From Candidatus Eiseniibacteriota bacterium (GTDB taxonomy: Bacteria; Eisenbacteria; RBG-16-71-46; CAZEPH01): a DNA stretch of 63,644 nt. A program made the position numbers and the translations under genes. Of this stretch, positions 24,045 through 34,381 are shown piece after piece; positions within the stretch are counted from its first letter, which is position 1; the number at the start of each line of letters is the position of its first letter. Below the pieces are notes generated by a model, which saw only the letters and a program-made list of their open reading frames with translations, was not told the origin of the DNA and ran no database searches. The stretch is from assembly GCA_044229145.1 (NCBI GenBank), contig JBGATO010000016.1, positions 1 through 63,644 of the forward strand. The letters run 5' to 3'.

Positions 24045-24890
24045 ATGGATGAGAGCCAACTGGCCGCCGGGCCCGACGCCCTGCGCGACCACCTCGCGGC
24101 ACCCCGCACGCTGCCACGACTCGCGGCGTATTCCGGGGCGATCCTCTGGGTCGCGGCCGCGGCGGGAATGAGCGCGGCATTGCGCGCCGTCATCGGCTCG
24201 GAAGACGTGCCGCTCGTGTTGTTGCTCGCAGTGGTCGGCGCGGCGCTGACAGGCGGACGCGGGCCGGCGGTCTGTGCGGCCGTGCTTGCGGTCGCGACGT
24301 TTGACTTCTTCTTCGTCCCGCCGCATTTCACGCTGGCGGTCGAAGAGCCGCGGGCGATCGTGACCTTCGTCGTGATGCTCGTGGTTGGCCTGGCGTTGGG
24401 AACGGTGACGCACCGGTTGCGCACGGAAGCACGTGCGGCACGCGCCGGTGAGACGCGGTTGCGCGTCTTGTACGCTCTGAGCCGCGCGGTGGCGTCGGGC
24501 GCGGGCGCCGCGCGCATCGGCGAGGCGGTGGCGGAGTCCCTGCGGGCGACGGGCCCGGAGGCCGCGGTGGTGATGCTGCCCGCGGCGAACGGCGCGCTGC
24601 GTGCCGCGGCAGGCGATGTCGCGTCCTGGCCCGGCACGCCGGATGAGGCAGACGCGGCCGCCTGGGCGTTCACGCATCACTTCCCGGCGGGATGCGGTGC
24701 GGTGGCGGAGAGCACGGCGCGGTGGTTCTACCTGCCGCTGATCGCGCGAGGCCGCGTAATCGGCGTGCTCGGTGTGTTGCCCCGCACGGCAGCGGCGGCG
24801 CGCGAGTCGGCGGCCCTCTGGCAGGCGCTCGCGAACCACGCGGCCGAGGCGCTCGCCCACGTCACGGACGGTCCCTCCGGCGGCGCTTGA
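24045..24890 (+). CDS. Stand-alone KdpD membrane domain (DUF4118) plus GAF domain, no kinase
   Basis: Four TMs with the DUF4118 motif FDFFFVPPHFTLAV, then a KdpD-type GAF (AAWAF.H..PAGCG...WFYLPL..RGRVIGVLGV). Stops before any HisKA domain. SD AGGAGG. Confidence 0.85.
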   Translation: MDESQLAAGPDALRDHLAAPRTLPRLAAYSGAILWVAAAAGMSAALRAVIGSEDVPLVLLLAVVGAALTGGRGPAVCAAVLAVATFDFFFVPPHFTLAVEEPRAIVTFVVMLVVGLALGTVTHRLRTEARAARAGETRLRVLYALSRAVASGAGAARIGEAVAESLRATGPEAAVVMLPAANGALRAAAGDVASWPGTPDEADAAAWAFTHHFPAGCGAVAESTARWFYLPLIARGRVIGVLGVLPRTAAAARESAALWQALANHAAEALAHVTDGPSGGA

Positions 24891-24931
24891 TGGATAGATG
24901 CCCGCGCGGGCGGCATGTATAGTCCTCCGCC

Positions 24932-26065
24932 ATGTCCACCCGCCGCCCTCTGCGCGTCTCGTTCGTCTCGTTGCGCTCGTTGTCGCGCCACGTCGCCGGC
25001 GTCAACCGGCCGCGCGGCGGCGCCGAATCGCAGGTCGCCACGCTCGCCGAGTCGATGGCGGCGCGCGGTCACGACGTCTCCGTCATTCTGGCCGACTACT
25101 GTGGCGAGATGCTGTCGCGCCCGCGCACGTCCTCGCTGCCGCTCATCAACGCCTACGACGAACGCGCCGGACTGCCGGGGCTGCGCTTCGTCCCGCGCTG
25201 GCAGGGTTTGGTGCGCGCGATGAAGCGGGCCGACGCCGACGTCTACTATCAGATGTGCGCCGGCGGCAGCGCCGGCCAAATCGCCCTGTGGACGAACGGC
25301 GCGCAGCGCGGCTTCATCTTCGCGACCTCATCGAACATGGACACGCATCCCGCCGAAGTCGGGCTCGGGCCGCGCGATCAGTGGCTGTACCGCTACGGCT
25401 TGCGCCACGCCGACCTCGTGCTCACGCAGCACAGCGGCCAGCGCGACGATCTGCGCGCCAACTACGGCGTCGATTCACAGGTGATCGCGCTCGGTGTCGA
25501 CGTACCGGCGACGGTGCCGACGCCCGCCGACCCGCCCGAAATCCTGTGGCTCGGGTCGATCAAGTCGATCAAGCGGCCCGAGTTGCTGGTCGAGCTCGCG
25601 CGGCGCATGCCGGACGTCCGCTTCGTCATCGCCGGCGGCCGCGTGGCGGGTGAAGAACATGTCTACGACGGTGTCGAGCGCGAGGCGGCCGCGCTGCCGA
25701 ATCTCGAGTTCGCGGGCACGGTACCGGACACCGCGCCGTATCTTGCCCGCGCCTACGCTCTGGTCAGCACGTCCGCCATCGAAGGATTCCCGACCGTATT
25801 CCTCGAAGCGTGGGCGAACGCGGTGCCGACCGTGTCGTACTTCGATCCCGGCGGCTTGATCGTGCGCGAGAAGTTGTCGCCGGTGGTGGCGACGGCGGAC
25901 GAGATGGTCGCGGCGATTCGCGCCCTCGTGGATGACCGCGCGGAACGCGACCGCCTCGGCGCGCACGCGCGCGCGTACGTGCTGCGCGAGCATGAAGCGG
26001 GTGTGGTGGCTGCGCGATTCGAGGATGCGTTGTACGCCGCGGCGGCGCGACACGGACGCGGCTAG
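24932..26065 (+). CDS. Glycosyltransferase family 4 (GT-B)
   Basis: GGAE, GHDVSV, K.IKRP and the EX7E motif EGFPTVFLEAW. Confidence 0.9.
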   Translation: MSTRRPLRVSFVSLRSLSRHVAGVNRPRGGAESQVATLAESMAARGHDVSVILADYCGEMLSRPRTSSLPLINAYDERAGLPGLRFVPRWQGLVRAMKRADADVYYQMCAGGSAGQIALWTNGAQRGFIFATSSNMDTHPAEVGLGPRDQWLYRYGLRHADLVLTQHSGQRDDLRANYGVDSQVIALGVDVPATVPTPADPPEILWLGSIKSIKRPELLVELARRMPDVRFVIAGGRVAGEEHVYDGVEREAAALPNLEFAGTVPDTAPYLARAYALVSTSAIEGFPTVFLEAWANAVPTVSYFDPGGLIVREKLSPVVATADEMVAAIRALVDDRAERDRLGAHARAYVLREHEAGVVAARFEDALYAAAARHGRG

Positions 26066-26112
26066 CAAGTTTCGCAGAGAAGTCACCTGCCTGGTACGGT
26101 ATACTCTTCGAC

Positions 26113-26328
26113 ATGGATAGAGAAACCCGGCGGCGCACGATGACGACGCGGGTCATCCGGGCAGGCCGCGAGCAGTCACCAGTAGCCGGCCCACCCAGCA
26201 CGCCCGAAGATCGTGTGCGTGCCATGTGGCCGCTTGCGGTGTCCGTGTGGGAGATCTCAGGACATGGACCTGTCGCTGAATCCCAACTTCTACGACATGT
26301 TGTCCGCGTTGTGCGCGGAGGACGTTGA
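26113..26328 (+). CDS. Small hypothetical protein (71 aa), partner of the downstream nucleotidyltransferase
   Basis: TATACT 7 nt before the ATG. Sequence includes STPEDRVRAMWPLAVSVWEISG...LLRHVVRVVR. Overlaps the next gene. Confidence 0.55.
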   Translation: MDRETRRRTMTTRVIRAGREQSPVAGPPSTPEDRVRAMWPLAVSVWEISGHGPVAESQLLRHVVRVVRGGR

Positions 26329-26725
26329 GTTCCTGCTGGTCGGCGCCTACGCCGTCGCGGTGCACGCGGTACCCCGCGCGACCTACGATCTCGATCTGTG
26401 GGTTCGCCCCTCAGCGGAAAACGCACAGCGCGTGCTGCGCGCGCTCGATGCGTTCGGCGCGCCCCTCCTCGATCTCACGGCAGGGGATCTGACACGCCCC
26501 GGTCTGATCTTCCAGTTGGGTGTACAGCCAGAACGGATCGACATCATCACATCTATCGACGGCGTGGAGTTCGACGATGCGTGGCCTGCGCGCATCAGCG
26601 TAAAGGTCGGTCAGTTGGACGTCCCTGTCATCGGGCGCGCGCACTTACTCCAGAACAAGAAGGCCACAGGGCGAACGAAGGACGCCCTCGATGTCTTGTT
26701 GCTCGAGGAGAACGCGGGGCGCTGA
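26264..26725 (+). CDS. Pol-beta superfamily nucleotidyltransferase-like protein
   Basis: FLLVGAYAVAVH..PRATYDLDLWV (G-A/G plus DxD), RIDII and NKKATGR.KD..D. Exact start uncertain. Confidence 0.8.
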   Translation: MDLSLNPNFYDMLSALCAEDVEFLLVGAYAVAVHAVPRATYDLDLWVRPSAENAQRVLRALDAFGAPLLDLTAGDLTRPGLIFQLGVQPERIDIITSIDGVEFDDAWPARISVKVGQLDVPVIGRAHLLQNKKATGRTKDALDVLLLEENAGR

Positions 26726-26749
26726 TCGCCCTCTCGTGGGCGCAGTCGG

Positions 26750-27658
26750 TCAGCTGCTCGACGCGGCGATCATGTCCGCGAGCGACGCCGCCAGCGGCAC
26801 CCGCGGCTCCCACCCGGTGAGCCCACGCAACTTGGTCGCGTCACCGACTTGCTCCAACACTTCGACCGGACGCTGGCGCGCGGGGTCCGGCACGATGCGC
26901 GCGTCGACGCCGGCGGCGGCGAGGATGGCGGCGAGCAAATCGCCGACCGCCACCGGCACGCCGGTGGCCACATTGAACGTCTCGCCCCACACGTCGTCGC
27001 GGAAGGCGAGCCGCACGTAGGCATCCACCGCGTCGCGCACGTCGACGAAATCACGCCGCGGCTCGAGGTTGCCGACGCGCAACTCGGCCGGCGCGCGGCC
27101 GTCGCGGATCGCCACCGCTTGCGCGACGAAATCGCTCGGCGCCATGCCGAGGCGGAGCCCCGGCCCAATCAGATTGAATGGCCGCACCACGGCGACCTGC
27201 GCGGCGCGACGCCGGTGCGCGCTCAGCGCGTACAGCTCCGCCGCCGCCTTCGACACACCGTACGGCGTTATGGGACGTAACGGCGTTAACTCACCGACCG
27301 GCGTTTCGTCCGCGCGCGTCAGCCCGTAGAGCGCGGCGGTGGAAATCAGCACGACGCGCGTCTCCGGCGCGCAGGCGTCGATCACGTGCCGCGTGCCGTC
27401 GACATTCACCGCGAAGCAGAGATAGGCGTCGCCCGCCGCGACACCCGCGAGGTGGAACACGAGATCCGGCCGCGCCGCCGCGACAACCGCGCGCACCGCC
27501 GCGGCGTCCTGCACCATCGCCGCGTGATACGCGAATCCCGCGGGGCCGGACGGCTGCACGTCGGTGGTGACGATCTCGCCGACATCCGGCCGCTGTGCGA
27601 GCAGTGGCAAGAGAAACCGCGCGGAGAACGAGTTCGCGCCGGTGACCAGGACCCGCAT
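26750..27658 (-). CDS. NAD-dependent epimerase/dehydratase (GDP-sugar reductase/dehydratase-like SDR)
   Basis: VLVTGA, VFHLAG, YGVSK (YxxxK), RPFNLIGP and VGNLEPRRDFVDVRDAV. Confidence 0.85.
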   Translation of the reverse strand: MRVLVTGANSFSARFLLPLLAQRPDVGEIVTTDVQPSGPAGFAYHAAMVQDAAAVRAVVAAARPDLVFHLAGVAAGDAYLCFAVNVDGTRHVIDACAPETRVVLISTAALYGLTRADETPVGELTPLRPITPYGVSKAAAELYALSAHRRRAAQVAVVRPFNLIGPGLRLGMAPSDFVAQAVAIRDGRAPAELRVGNLEPRRDFVDVRDAVDAYVRLAFRDDVWGETFNVATGVPVAVGDLLAAILAAAGVDARIVPDPARQRPVEVLEQVGDATKLRGLTGWEPRVPLAASLADMIAASSS

Positions 27659-27664
27659 CACGCC

Positions 27665-28378
27665 CTACTCACCCGGCAGGAACTCGTCGCGGCGATCCAT
27701 GAACGTCGCCAGCGCCGTCTCGTAGTCGTCGGGCCGCCCGATGTCGAGCCATGTGCACGGCAACTCGCAGGTTGTCACGATCTCGCCGGCCTCGCGCAAG
27801 CGCAGCAGCAGGTCCGGCATCCCGAGCACTTCCTCGAATCCGATGTGTTGCAGCGCGCGCGGCTCGAGCACGTTGATGCCCATCGACACCGTGTAGTGAT
27901 ACTCCGGCTTCTCGATGAAGCGCGCGAGGTCGCCGCTCGCCGCGTCCGCTTCCACCACGCCGTAATCGATCTTCACGCTGCGGCGATGCAACGCGATCGT
28001 CGCCGCCGCGCCGCGCGCCTTGTGGTGACGCACCAACGCGGCGAAGTCCAACGTCGTGAGGATGTCGCCGTTCATCACCAGGAACGTGTCGTCGAGCCCG
28101 TCGATCAACTTCAGCGGCCCCGCCGTCGACAAGACCTTGGTCTCGCGCGAGTAGTGCAGGCGCAGGCCGAAGCGCGAGCCGTCGCCGCAGAACGCCTCGA
28201 TCAACTCGGCGAGATAACTCACCGCGAGCGTCACATCGGTGACGCCGGCGCGCTTCAACTGCCGCAGCACGATCTCGAGGATCGGCATGTCGCCGATCGG
28301 CATCAACGGCTTCGGGAAGACGGTCGTGTATGGACGCAGTCGTGTGCCGAGACCACCGGCCAGGATCACCGCTTTCAT
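27665..28378 (-). CDS. Sugar-phosphate nucleotidyltransferase
   Basis: MKAVILAGGLGTRLRP.T...PKPL.PI, VMNGDIL, EKP and WLDIG. TGATG overlap with the upstream gene. Confidence 0.92.
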   Translation of the reverse strand: MKAVILAGGLGTRLRPYTTVFPKPLMPIGDMPILEIVLRQLKRAGVTDVTLAVSYLAELIEAFCGDGSRFGLRLHYSRETKVLSTAGPLKLIDGLDDTFLVMNGDILTTLDFAALVRHHKARGAAATIALHRRSVKIDYGVVEADAASGDLARFIEKPEYHYTVSMGINVLEPRALQHIGFEEVLGMPDLLLRLREAGEIVTTCELPCTWLDIGRPDDYETALATFMDRRDEFLPGE

Positions 28379-29373
28379 CAGATGACGTACATCTCCGGCT
28401 TGTACTCGGCGAGGTAGCCGCGGATCCACTCCGCGGTGCGTGCGACACCGTCCTCGAGCGACACCCGTGACTGCCAGCCCAGACGTTCGCGGGCGATCGT
28501 CGCGTCGCAGATCAACTCCATGACCTCCGACTTCTCGGGACGCTTGCGCGCCTGCTCTTCCTCGATGCGCACGTCGCGGCCGACCACCTTGAGCACCATC
28601 TGCAACAGCTCGCCCATGGTGACGCCGCGGCCGCTGCCGAGATTGATCGTGAGGCCTTCGATGCCCGGCGCCGTCGCCGCGCGCACGAAGCCGTCGGCGG
28701 TGTCGGCGACGAAGTTCATGTCGCGCACCGGATCCAGCGAGCCGACCTTGATGACGTCGCGTGTCATCGCCTGCGTCAGCACCGTCGGCAGGAAGGCGCG
28801 CGCCGACTGCCGTGGCCCGTACGTGTTGAACGGCCGGATCGTCGTCACCGGCGTGCCGAACGAGCGGTAGTAGCTCTCGGCGATCTTGTCGGCGCCGATC
28901 TTCGTCGCGCTGTACGGCGACTGGCCCTGCATCGGGTGCTTCTCGTCGATCGGCGTGTAGATCGCGGTGCCGTAGGTCTCGGAGGTCGAGGTGTGCAGCA
29001 CGCGCGCGGTGCCGTGGTGGCGCGCCGCCTCGAGGATATTGAGCGTGCCGTTGATGTTGGTCGACACGTACTCGGCGGGCGCGACGTAGGAATACGGAAT
29101 CGGAATCAGCGCGGCGAGGTGGAACACCACCTCGCAGCCCTCCACGATGCGCTGCACGAAGAACGGATCGCGGATGTCGCCGCTCACCACGTCGAGCGCG
29201 TCGCGCACCGCCGGCTCCAGCTTCTCGAGGTGCGCCCAATCGTTGCGGCCGTTGTAGTGGACGAGTGCCCGGACCTTCGCCCCCTCGCGCACGAGCTGGT
29301 CGGTGAGGTGGCTGCCGATGAATCCGCCGGCGCCGGTCACCAGGACCGGGCGGCCGTGAAGGGGTGAAGCCAT
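28378..29373 (-). CDS. NDP-sugar 4,6-dehydratase/epimerase (SDR, LegB-like)
   Basis: TGAGGFIGSH, HLAALI.IPYSY.AP, TSTSE.YG, YSATK and RPFNTYGPRQSARA. Extended -10 TGcTATACT upstream. Confidence 0.9.
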   Translation of the reverse strand: MASPLHGRPVLVTGAGGFIGSHLTDQLVREGAKVRALVHYNGRNDWAHLEKLEPAVRDALDVVSGDIRDPFFVQRIVEGCEVVFHLAALIPIPYSYVAPAEYVSTNINGTLNILEAARHHGTARVLHTSTSETYGTAIYTPIDEKHPMQGQSPYSATKIGADKIAESYYRSFGTPVTTIRPFNTYGPRQSARAFLPTVLTQAMTRDVIKVGSLDPVRDMNFVADTADGFVRAATAPGIEGLTINLGSGRGVTMGELLQMVLKVVGRDVRIEEEQARKRPEKSEVMELICDATIARERLGWQSRVSLEDGVARTAEWIRGYLAEYKPEMYVI

Positions 29374-29513
29374 GGGACTCCTTTCCGTGGTCGCGAGCGG
29401 CTGGCGCGGGCGCCTTTTTCCCCTCTGGCGTCGCCGCGCGCGGCGCAGTATAGCAAGGGCGGTATCGGCCAGTGACCTCCGGTTTCCCCGCCAAAATGTT
29501 GGAGAACCTCACC

Positions 29514-29912
29514 ATGCCTCGCCAGAACATCAGCTCCGGCGCCCCGTGGGAGCCGGTCGTCGGGTACTCCCGGGCGGTCCGGGTGGGCGACCACGTCTAC
29601 GTCTCCGGCACCACGGCCACCGACGACAGCGGCAAGGTGATCGCCCACGGCGACGCCTACGCCCAGGCCAAGCAAGCCCTGGCGAACATCGAACGGGCTC
29701 TCTGGCAGGCCGGCGCCACGCTCAGAGATGTCGTCCGCACAAGGACTTACGTCGTCCGGATCGAAGACTGGGACGACGTCGGGCGGGCCCACGGCGAGGC
29801 CTTCGCCGACATCCGGCCGGCCAGCACGCTGGTCGCGGTCGCGGCGTTGGTGGACGAAACGATGCTGGTGGAGATCGAGGCGGAGGCGGTGGTCGGGGCG
29901 GGCGCGCCGTAG
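29514..29912 (+). CDS. RidA/YjgF family protein
   Basis: [31 protein letters not shown] and LVEIEAEA. Confidence 0.9.
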   Translation: MPRQNISSGAPWEPVVGYSRAVRVGDHVYVSGTTATDDSGKVIAHGDAYAQAKQALANIERALWQAGATLRDVVRTRTYVVRIEDWDDVGRAHGEAFADIRPASTLVAVAALVDETMLVEIEAEAVVGAGAP

Positions 29913-30065
29913 CGCCCACACGGGTCACCTGCGGAGCGCGACCCTGTAGATCCCCGCAGAGACGCCGATAACTGGGGCAAGCCGGACGCCGGCAGGCCGC
30001 GCAGGAAGCGCGGCACGGCGTGCGCATCCACCCTGTGAGTGCGGGAACGACTCACCCCAGACCCG

Positions 30066-33000
30066 ATGACCACACAACGCCCTCAGTCCAGCGCGTCGCC
30101 GCCATCGCGACCCGGTCGCCTGCTTTCCGCGGGCGGCATTGGCGCGACGTTGCTGCTGGCCGGTGTGGTCGCCTTCGCGCTCGAATTGTTGATCATGTTC
30201 GCGCTGCCGGCGTTCCAAGGGGTCATCGACGGCCGTGCCGCGGATTTGCTCGATGCGGCGATGGTCGGCACCGTGATCGCGCCGATCGTCGTGGCAATCG
30301 TCGCACTCCGGCACCGGCCGCGCATAGCGTCGCAGGTGCATCGCCGCCAGTCGGATTTCTACCGCCCGGACACGCTGCCTGACCGCACGCCGCCGTGGAT
30401 CCACGGAGTCGCCGCGGCGGTCAGCTTCCTCACCATTACCGCGCTCTGTCTCATCAGCGCCGATCGCGTCGGCCGCCACGTCTTGCGCGAAAGCATCGAC
30501 GAGGAACTGCGGTCCATCGCGCGGCTCGCGGCGCAGCGGCTCGACGCGGCGAAGCTGCAAGAGCTCACGCGCCCCTCGCAGCAGAACGGCAGTGACTACC
30601 TCGCGGCCGTCGCCCCGCTGCGCGAGATGTTGCACGAGTTGCCGCAGGTCAAGTACCTGTACACCGTCCGGCAGAGCCCGCGCGGACCGCGCTTCGTGCT
30701 CGACGCCTCCATGCCGGGCGACGCCGACAACGACGGCGTCAACGACCAGGCGGGGCTCAACGAGCTGTACGACACGCCGGACCCGGAGATGCTGCTGGCG
30801 CTAGCCAAGGGCGCCTGCGTGGTCTCGCCGCAGCCGTACACCGACAAGTGGGGCACCTACATCTCCGCCTACGCGCCGATCCGTGACGCCCGAGGGCACT
30901 TGGCGGGCGTCGTCGGCTGCGACATGACGGCGGACAGCTACACGTCGCGCGTTCGCACGATGGACCGTGCCACGCTGTTCGGCGGTTTGCTGGCGCTGGT
31001 GGCGTCGATCGGATTCGGGCTCGGGGTGTTCGTGATCCAGCGTCGCCGCCATGTGGCGATCCTGTCGCTGCACCGCGCGTCCTACTTGCAGAACTCGTCG
31101 CTGGCGCTGACGACGCAGCTCGCCGCGGCCTCGACCCGCCACGAGGCGGCGCGCGCGGTCAACGACGCGCTCGCCGAAGTCGCCTCGGTGCAGCGCTCCG
31201 CGGTACTGCTGTACGGTGACGACGGTGTCTGCCGCTTCGTCGGCTGGCGCGGCATCAGCGAATCGTATCGCCGCGCGGTGGAAGGCCACTGCCCGTGGCC
31301 GCGCAATACGCGCAACGCCGAGACGATCGTGGTGCACGACGTGCAGCGCGATGAATCGCTCACCGCCTACCGCGACCTGTTCGCCAGCGAGCGCATCGGC
31401 ACCGTCGCGTTCATCCCGGTGAGCACCGAAGACGGCGTGGTCGGCAAGCTGATGCTCTACGAACGCGAGGCCGGCTCGCTCACCGAGGACAGGTTGCAGG
31501 CCGCGGCCACACCGGCCGCCAAGCTCGGCATGGCGGTGGCACGCATCTTCGCGCAAGAACGTCTCGCCCAACGCCGTGCCGAACTCGAGCGCCTGGCGCT
31601 GGCGATGGACGCCGCCGGCGACGCCGTGTTCATCACCGACGCCGACGGCCGCATCATCCGTCTCAATCCGGCGTTCTGCGAGATGTCGGGCTACACGCCG
31701 GAGGAAGCGATCGGCGCGACGCCGTCGATCCTCAAGTCGGGCCTCACCCCGCCGGCCACCTACGAAGACATGTGGGGCACCATCCGCTCCGGCGACCGCT
31801 GGCAGGGACGCGTGTTGAACCGCCGCCACGCCCTCGGCACCGCGGAGGACGCCGCGGTCACCTTCGAGACGTGGCACGACGATCCGGCGCTCTACTGGGT
31901 CGACGCGACGGTGACGCCGATCCTCAGCGAGCACGGCACCATCGACGGATTCATCGCCGTCGAGCGCGACATCACGGCGCAGGTGCTGCGCGAAGCGGCG
32001 GAAGCCCGCGCCCGCGCCGGATTCGAGGCGAAGGTGCAGGTAGCGCGCGCACTCTCCGCGGACGCGCCGCTCGACGCACGGCTGCGCGATGCCTTCGCCG
32101 CGTGCAGCGGTTTGCCCGGCGTGGCGCGCGGCGGTGGCATCTTCTTGGTGTCGTCGCCCGCGGGGCCGGCTTTGCTGCGCGACGAGCACACCGCCGCCGC
32201 TCAGGCGCCCGGCGCCGCGAACCGCGGGGTCGACATCGTGCGCGCGTGCGACGATCCCGGCTGCGGCCGCGTCTACGGCGTGACGACGACACCGCACGAC
32301 CACTGCACGGTGCCGCTCATTCCCGCCACCGGCGGCGATCAGCGCAGCGTCGGCGTGCTGCACTTGTTCCTGGTGCCTGGCTTCGAGTTCGACGCCTCCG
32401 ACGCCGAGACGCTGCGCACCATCGGCGACCTGCTCGCCACCGCGATCCTGCAAGACAACGCCGCGCGCGTCGCCCTCGACGCGCGGACGCGCGCCGAGGA
32501 AGCCACGCGCGCCAAGAGCGAGTTCCTCGCCACCATGTCGCACGAGATCCGCACGCCGATGAACGGTGTGCTCGGCATGGTGTCGCTGCTGCTCGGCACC
32601 GAACTCGACGAACAGCAACTCGACTACGTGCGCACCATCCACTCGTCGGGCGAAGCGTTGCTCGCGATCATCAACGACATCCTCGACTTCTCGAAGGTCG
32701 AAGCCGGGCGTCTGCAACTCGAGAGCACCGCGTTCGCGCTGCCGCCGGTGGCGCGCGAGGTGCAGCAGCTGCTATTCGGCCAAGCGCAGGCGAAGGGTCT
32801 CGAACTCAGCGTCGCGGTGGACGAGTCGGTGCCCGCCGGCATCCTCGGCGACCCCGGCCGTCTGCGCCAAGTCCTGCTCAACCTCGCCGGCAACGCGATC
32901 AAGTTCACACAGCAAGGCGGCGTCACCATCGCGATGAGCGCGACGCCGCTCGGCGACGGCCGCGCGCGGCTGCGCGTCGAAGTCCGCGACACTGGCATCG

Positions 33001-33632
33001 GCATCTCGCGCGAAGCGCTCGCCAAGCTGTTCCAGCCGTTCTCGCAGGCCGACGCCTCGATGACGCGGCGCTTCGGCGGCACCGGCCTCGGCCTCGCCAT
33101 CTGCAAGCGCCTGGTCGAACTGATGGGCGGGGACATCGGTGCCGAAAGCGCGCCACACGCCGGGTCGACCTTCTGGTTCACGCTGCCGGTCCAGCAGGCC
33201 GACGTGCACACCGCGCCCTCCGAAGTGGACACCGCGACGCCGGCCGAACCATCACTGCGCAAGGGCGTGCGCGTGCTGCTCGCCGAAGACAACATGGTCA
33301 ATCAGAAGGTCGCCGTGCGCATGCTCGAGCGCTTCGGCTGCCGCGTCGACGTCGCCGGCAATGGCATCGAGGCCGTCGAGATGCACGCACGCTTCGGCTA
33401 CGACGTCATCTTCATGGACTGGCAGATGCCGGAGATGGACGGCGTCGAGGCCACCCGCCGCATCCGTGCCAACGCCCGCATGCGCCGCGCGCCGATCATC
33501 GCCATGACCGCCAACACCATGCAGGGCGATCGCGAGGAGTGTCTCGCGGCCGGCATGGACGATTACCTCTCGAAGCCGTTCCAGCCCGAGAAACTGCGCG
33601 ACATCCTTGAACGTTGGGCCGACGCCGCGTAG
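30066..33632 (+). CDS. Hybrid sensor histidine kinase (TMs, Cache-like sensor, GAF, PAS, GAF-like, HisKA, HATPase, REC)
   Basis: [42 protein letters not shown] ([17 protein letters not shown]) and PAS ([10 protein letters not shown]). Confidence 0.93.
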   Translation: MTTQRPQSSASPPSRPGRLLSAGGIGATLLLAGVVAFALELLIMFALPAFQGVIDGRAADLLDAAMVGTVIAPIVVAIVALRHRPRIASQVHRRQSDFYRPDTLPDRTPPWIHGVAAAVSFLTITALCLISADRVGRHVLRESIDEELRSIARLAAQRLDAAKLQELTRPSQQNGSDYLAAVAPLREMLHELPQVKYLYTVRQSPRGPRFVLDASMPGDADNDGVNDQAGLNELYDTPDPEMLLALAKGACVVSPQPYTDKWGTYISAYAPIRDARGHLAGVVGCDMTADSYTSRVRTMDRATLFGGLLALVASIGFGLGVFVIQRRRHVAILSLHRASYLQNSSLALTTQLAAASTRHEAARAVNDALAEVASVQRSAVLLYGDDGVCRFVGWRGISESYRRAVEGHCPWPRNTRNAETIVVHDVQRDESLTAYRDLFASERIGTVAFIPVSTEDGVVGKLMLYEREAGSLTEDRLQAAATPAAKLGMAVARIFAQERLAQRRAELERLALAMDAAGDAVFITDADGRIIRLNPAFCEMSGYTPEEAIGATPSILKSGLTPPATYEDMWGTIRSGDRWQGRVLNRRHALGTAEDAAVTFETWHDDPALYWVDATVTPILSEHGTIDGFIAVERDITAQVLREAAEARARAGFEAKVQVARALSADAPLDARLRDAFAACSGLPGVARGGGIFLVSSPAGPALLRDEHTAAAQAPGAANRGVDIVRACDDPGCGRVYGVTTTPHDHCTVPLIPATGGDQRSVGVLHLFLVPGFEFDASDAETLRTIGDLLATAILQDNAARVALDARTRAEEATRAKSEFLATMSHEIRTPMNGVLGMVSLLLGTELDEQQLDYVRTIHSSGEALLAIINDILDFSKVEAGRLQLESTAFALPPVAREVQQLLFGQAQAKGLELSVAVDESVPAGILGDPGRLRQVLLNLAGNAIKFTQQGGVTIAMSATPLGDGRARLRVEVRDTGIGISREALAKLFQPFSQADASMTRRFGGTGLGLAICKRLVELMGGDIGAESAPHAGSTFWFTLPVQQADVHTAPSEVDTATPAEPSLRKGVRVLLAEDNMVNQKVAVRMLERFGCRVDVAGNGIEAVEMHARFGYDVIFMDWQMPEMDGVEATRRIRANARMRRAPIIAMTANTMQGDREECLAAGMDDYLSKPFQPEKLRDILERWADAA

Positions 33633-33635
33633 GCT
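33607..33635 (+). promoter_or_regulatory. Sigma70 promoter for a probable leaderless transcript; the -10 overlaps the kinase stop codon
   Basis: TTGAAC (33607-33612), 17 bp, TAGGCT (33630-33635), 7 nt, ATG 33643. Confidence 0.55.
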
Positions 33636-33642
33636 GCGGCCC

Positions 33643-34269
33643 ATGGACCTCACGCAACCGATTCGCGACATCGCCGCGCTCGAGGCGCTCTACGATCCGC
33701 ACCCATTGCCCACCGCCACCGCGAAGGTGACGGATCACGTGCATCCGCTCTACGCGCCCTTCCTCGCCGCCTCGCCATTCTTCGTGCTGGCGACGTGCGG
33801 GCCGGAAGGTCTCGATGCCTCGCCGCGCGGCGACGCGCCGGGGCAACTCGCCGCCCTCCACGACCCGCGTACGCTGCTGATTCCGGATCGCCGCGGCAAC
33901 AACCGGCTCGACTCACTGCGCAACATCGTCCGCGACCCGCGCGTGGCGCTGCTGTTCTTCGTGCCGGGCGTCGGCGAAACCTTGCGGATCAACGGCCGCG
34001 CGACGCTCGCCGCCGACCCCGTGCTGTGCGCGCGCTTCGTCGTCGACGGCAAGACGCCGCGCAGCGTCATCGTGGTCGACATCGACGAAGTCTACTTCCA
34101 GTGCCAGCGCGCGTTGGTGCGCTCGGCGTTGTGGGACGCGACGCGGCACGCCGCGCCCGGGAGCTTGCCGTCGCTCGGCACCATCCTCACCGCGCTGAGC
34201 GACGGGGCGATCGACGGTGCCGGCTACGACCGCGACTTGCCGGGGCGCGTGAAGACCTCGCTGTACTAG
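33643..34269 (+). CDS. Pyridoxamine 5'-phosphate oxidase-like FMN-binding protein
   Basis: SPF.VLAT, DASPRGD.PG, IPDRRGNNRLDSLRNI..DPRV.LLF, ETLRING.A and YFQC.RAL.RS.LW. Confidence 0.9.
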   Translation: MDLTQPIRDIAALEALYDPHPLPTATAKVTDHVHPLYAPFLAASPFFVLATCGPEGLDASPRGDAPGQLAALHDPRTLLIPDRRGNNRLDSLRNIVRDPRVALLFFVPGVGETLRINGRATLAADPVLCARFVVDGKTPRSVIVVDIDEVYFQCQRALVRSALWDATRHAAPGSLPSLGTILTALSDGAIDGAGYDRDLPGRVKTSLY

Positions 34270-34381
34270 CCTCCAGGCGCCGTCCGGCTGCCACCTTCGG
34301 GCACCGTGAAACCGCGCCCCGGCGCGGCCTACCCTTGAGGAAGGCGCGACAGCCTCGCCGCGCCGCCGGAGGGTGTTGCCC

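Noticed and set aside
29913..30065. Possible riboswitch or sigma28 promoter (GCCGATAA) upstream of the hybrid kinase
   Set aside because: The -10 octamer matches, but there is no convincing TAAA -35 at the right spacing. I could not match c-di-GMP or other riboswitch consensus elements; an Rfam scan would settle it.
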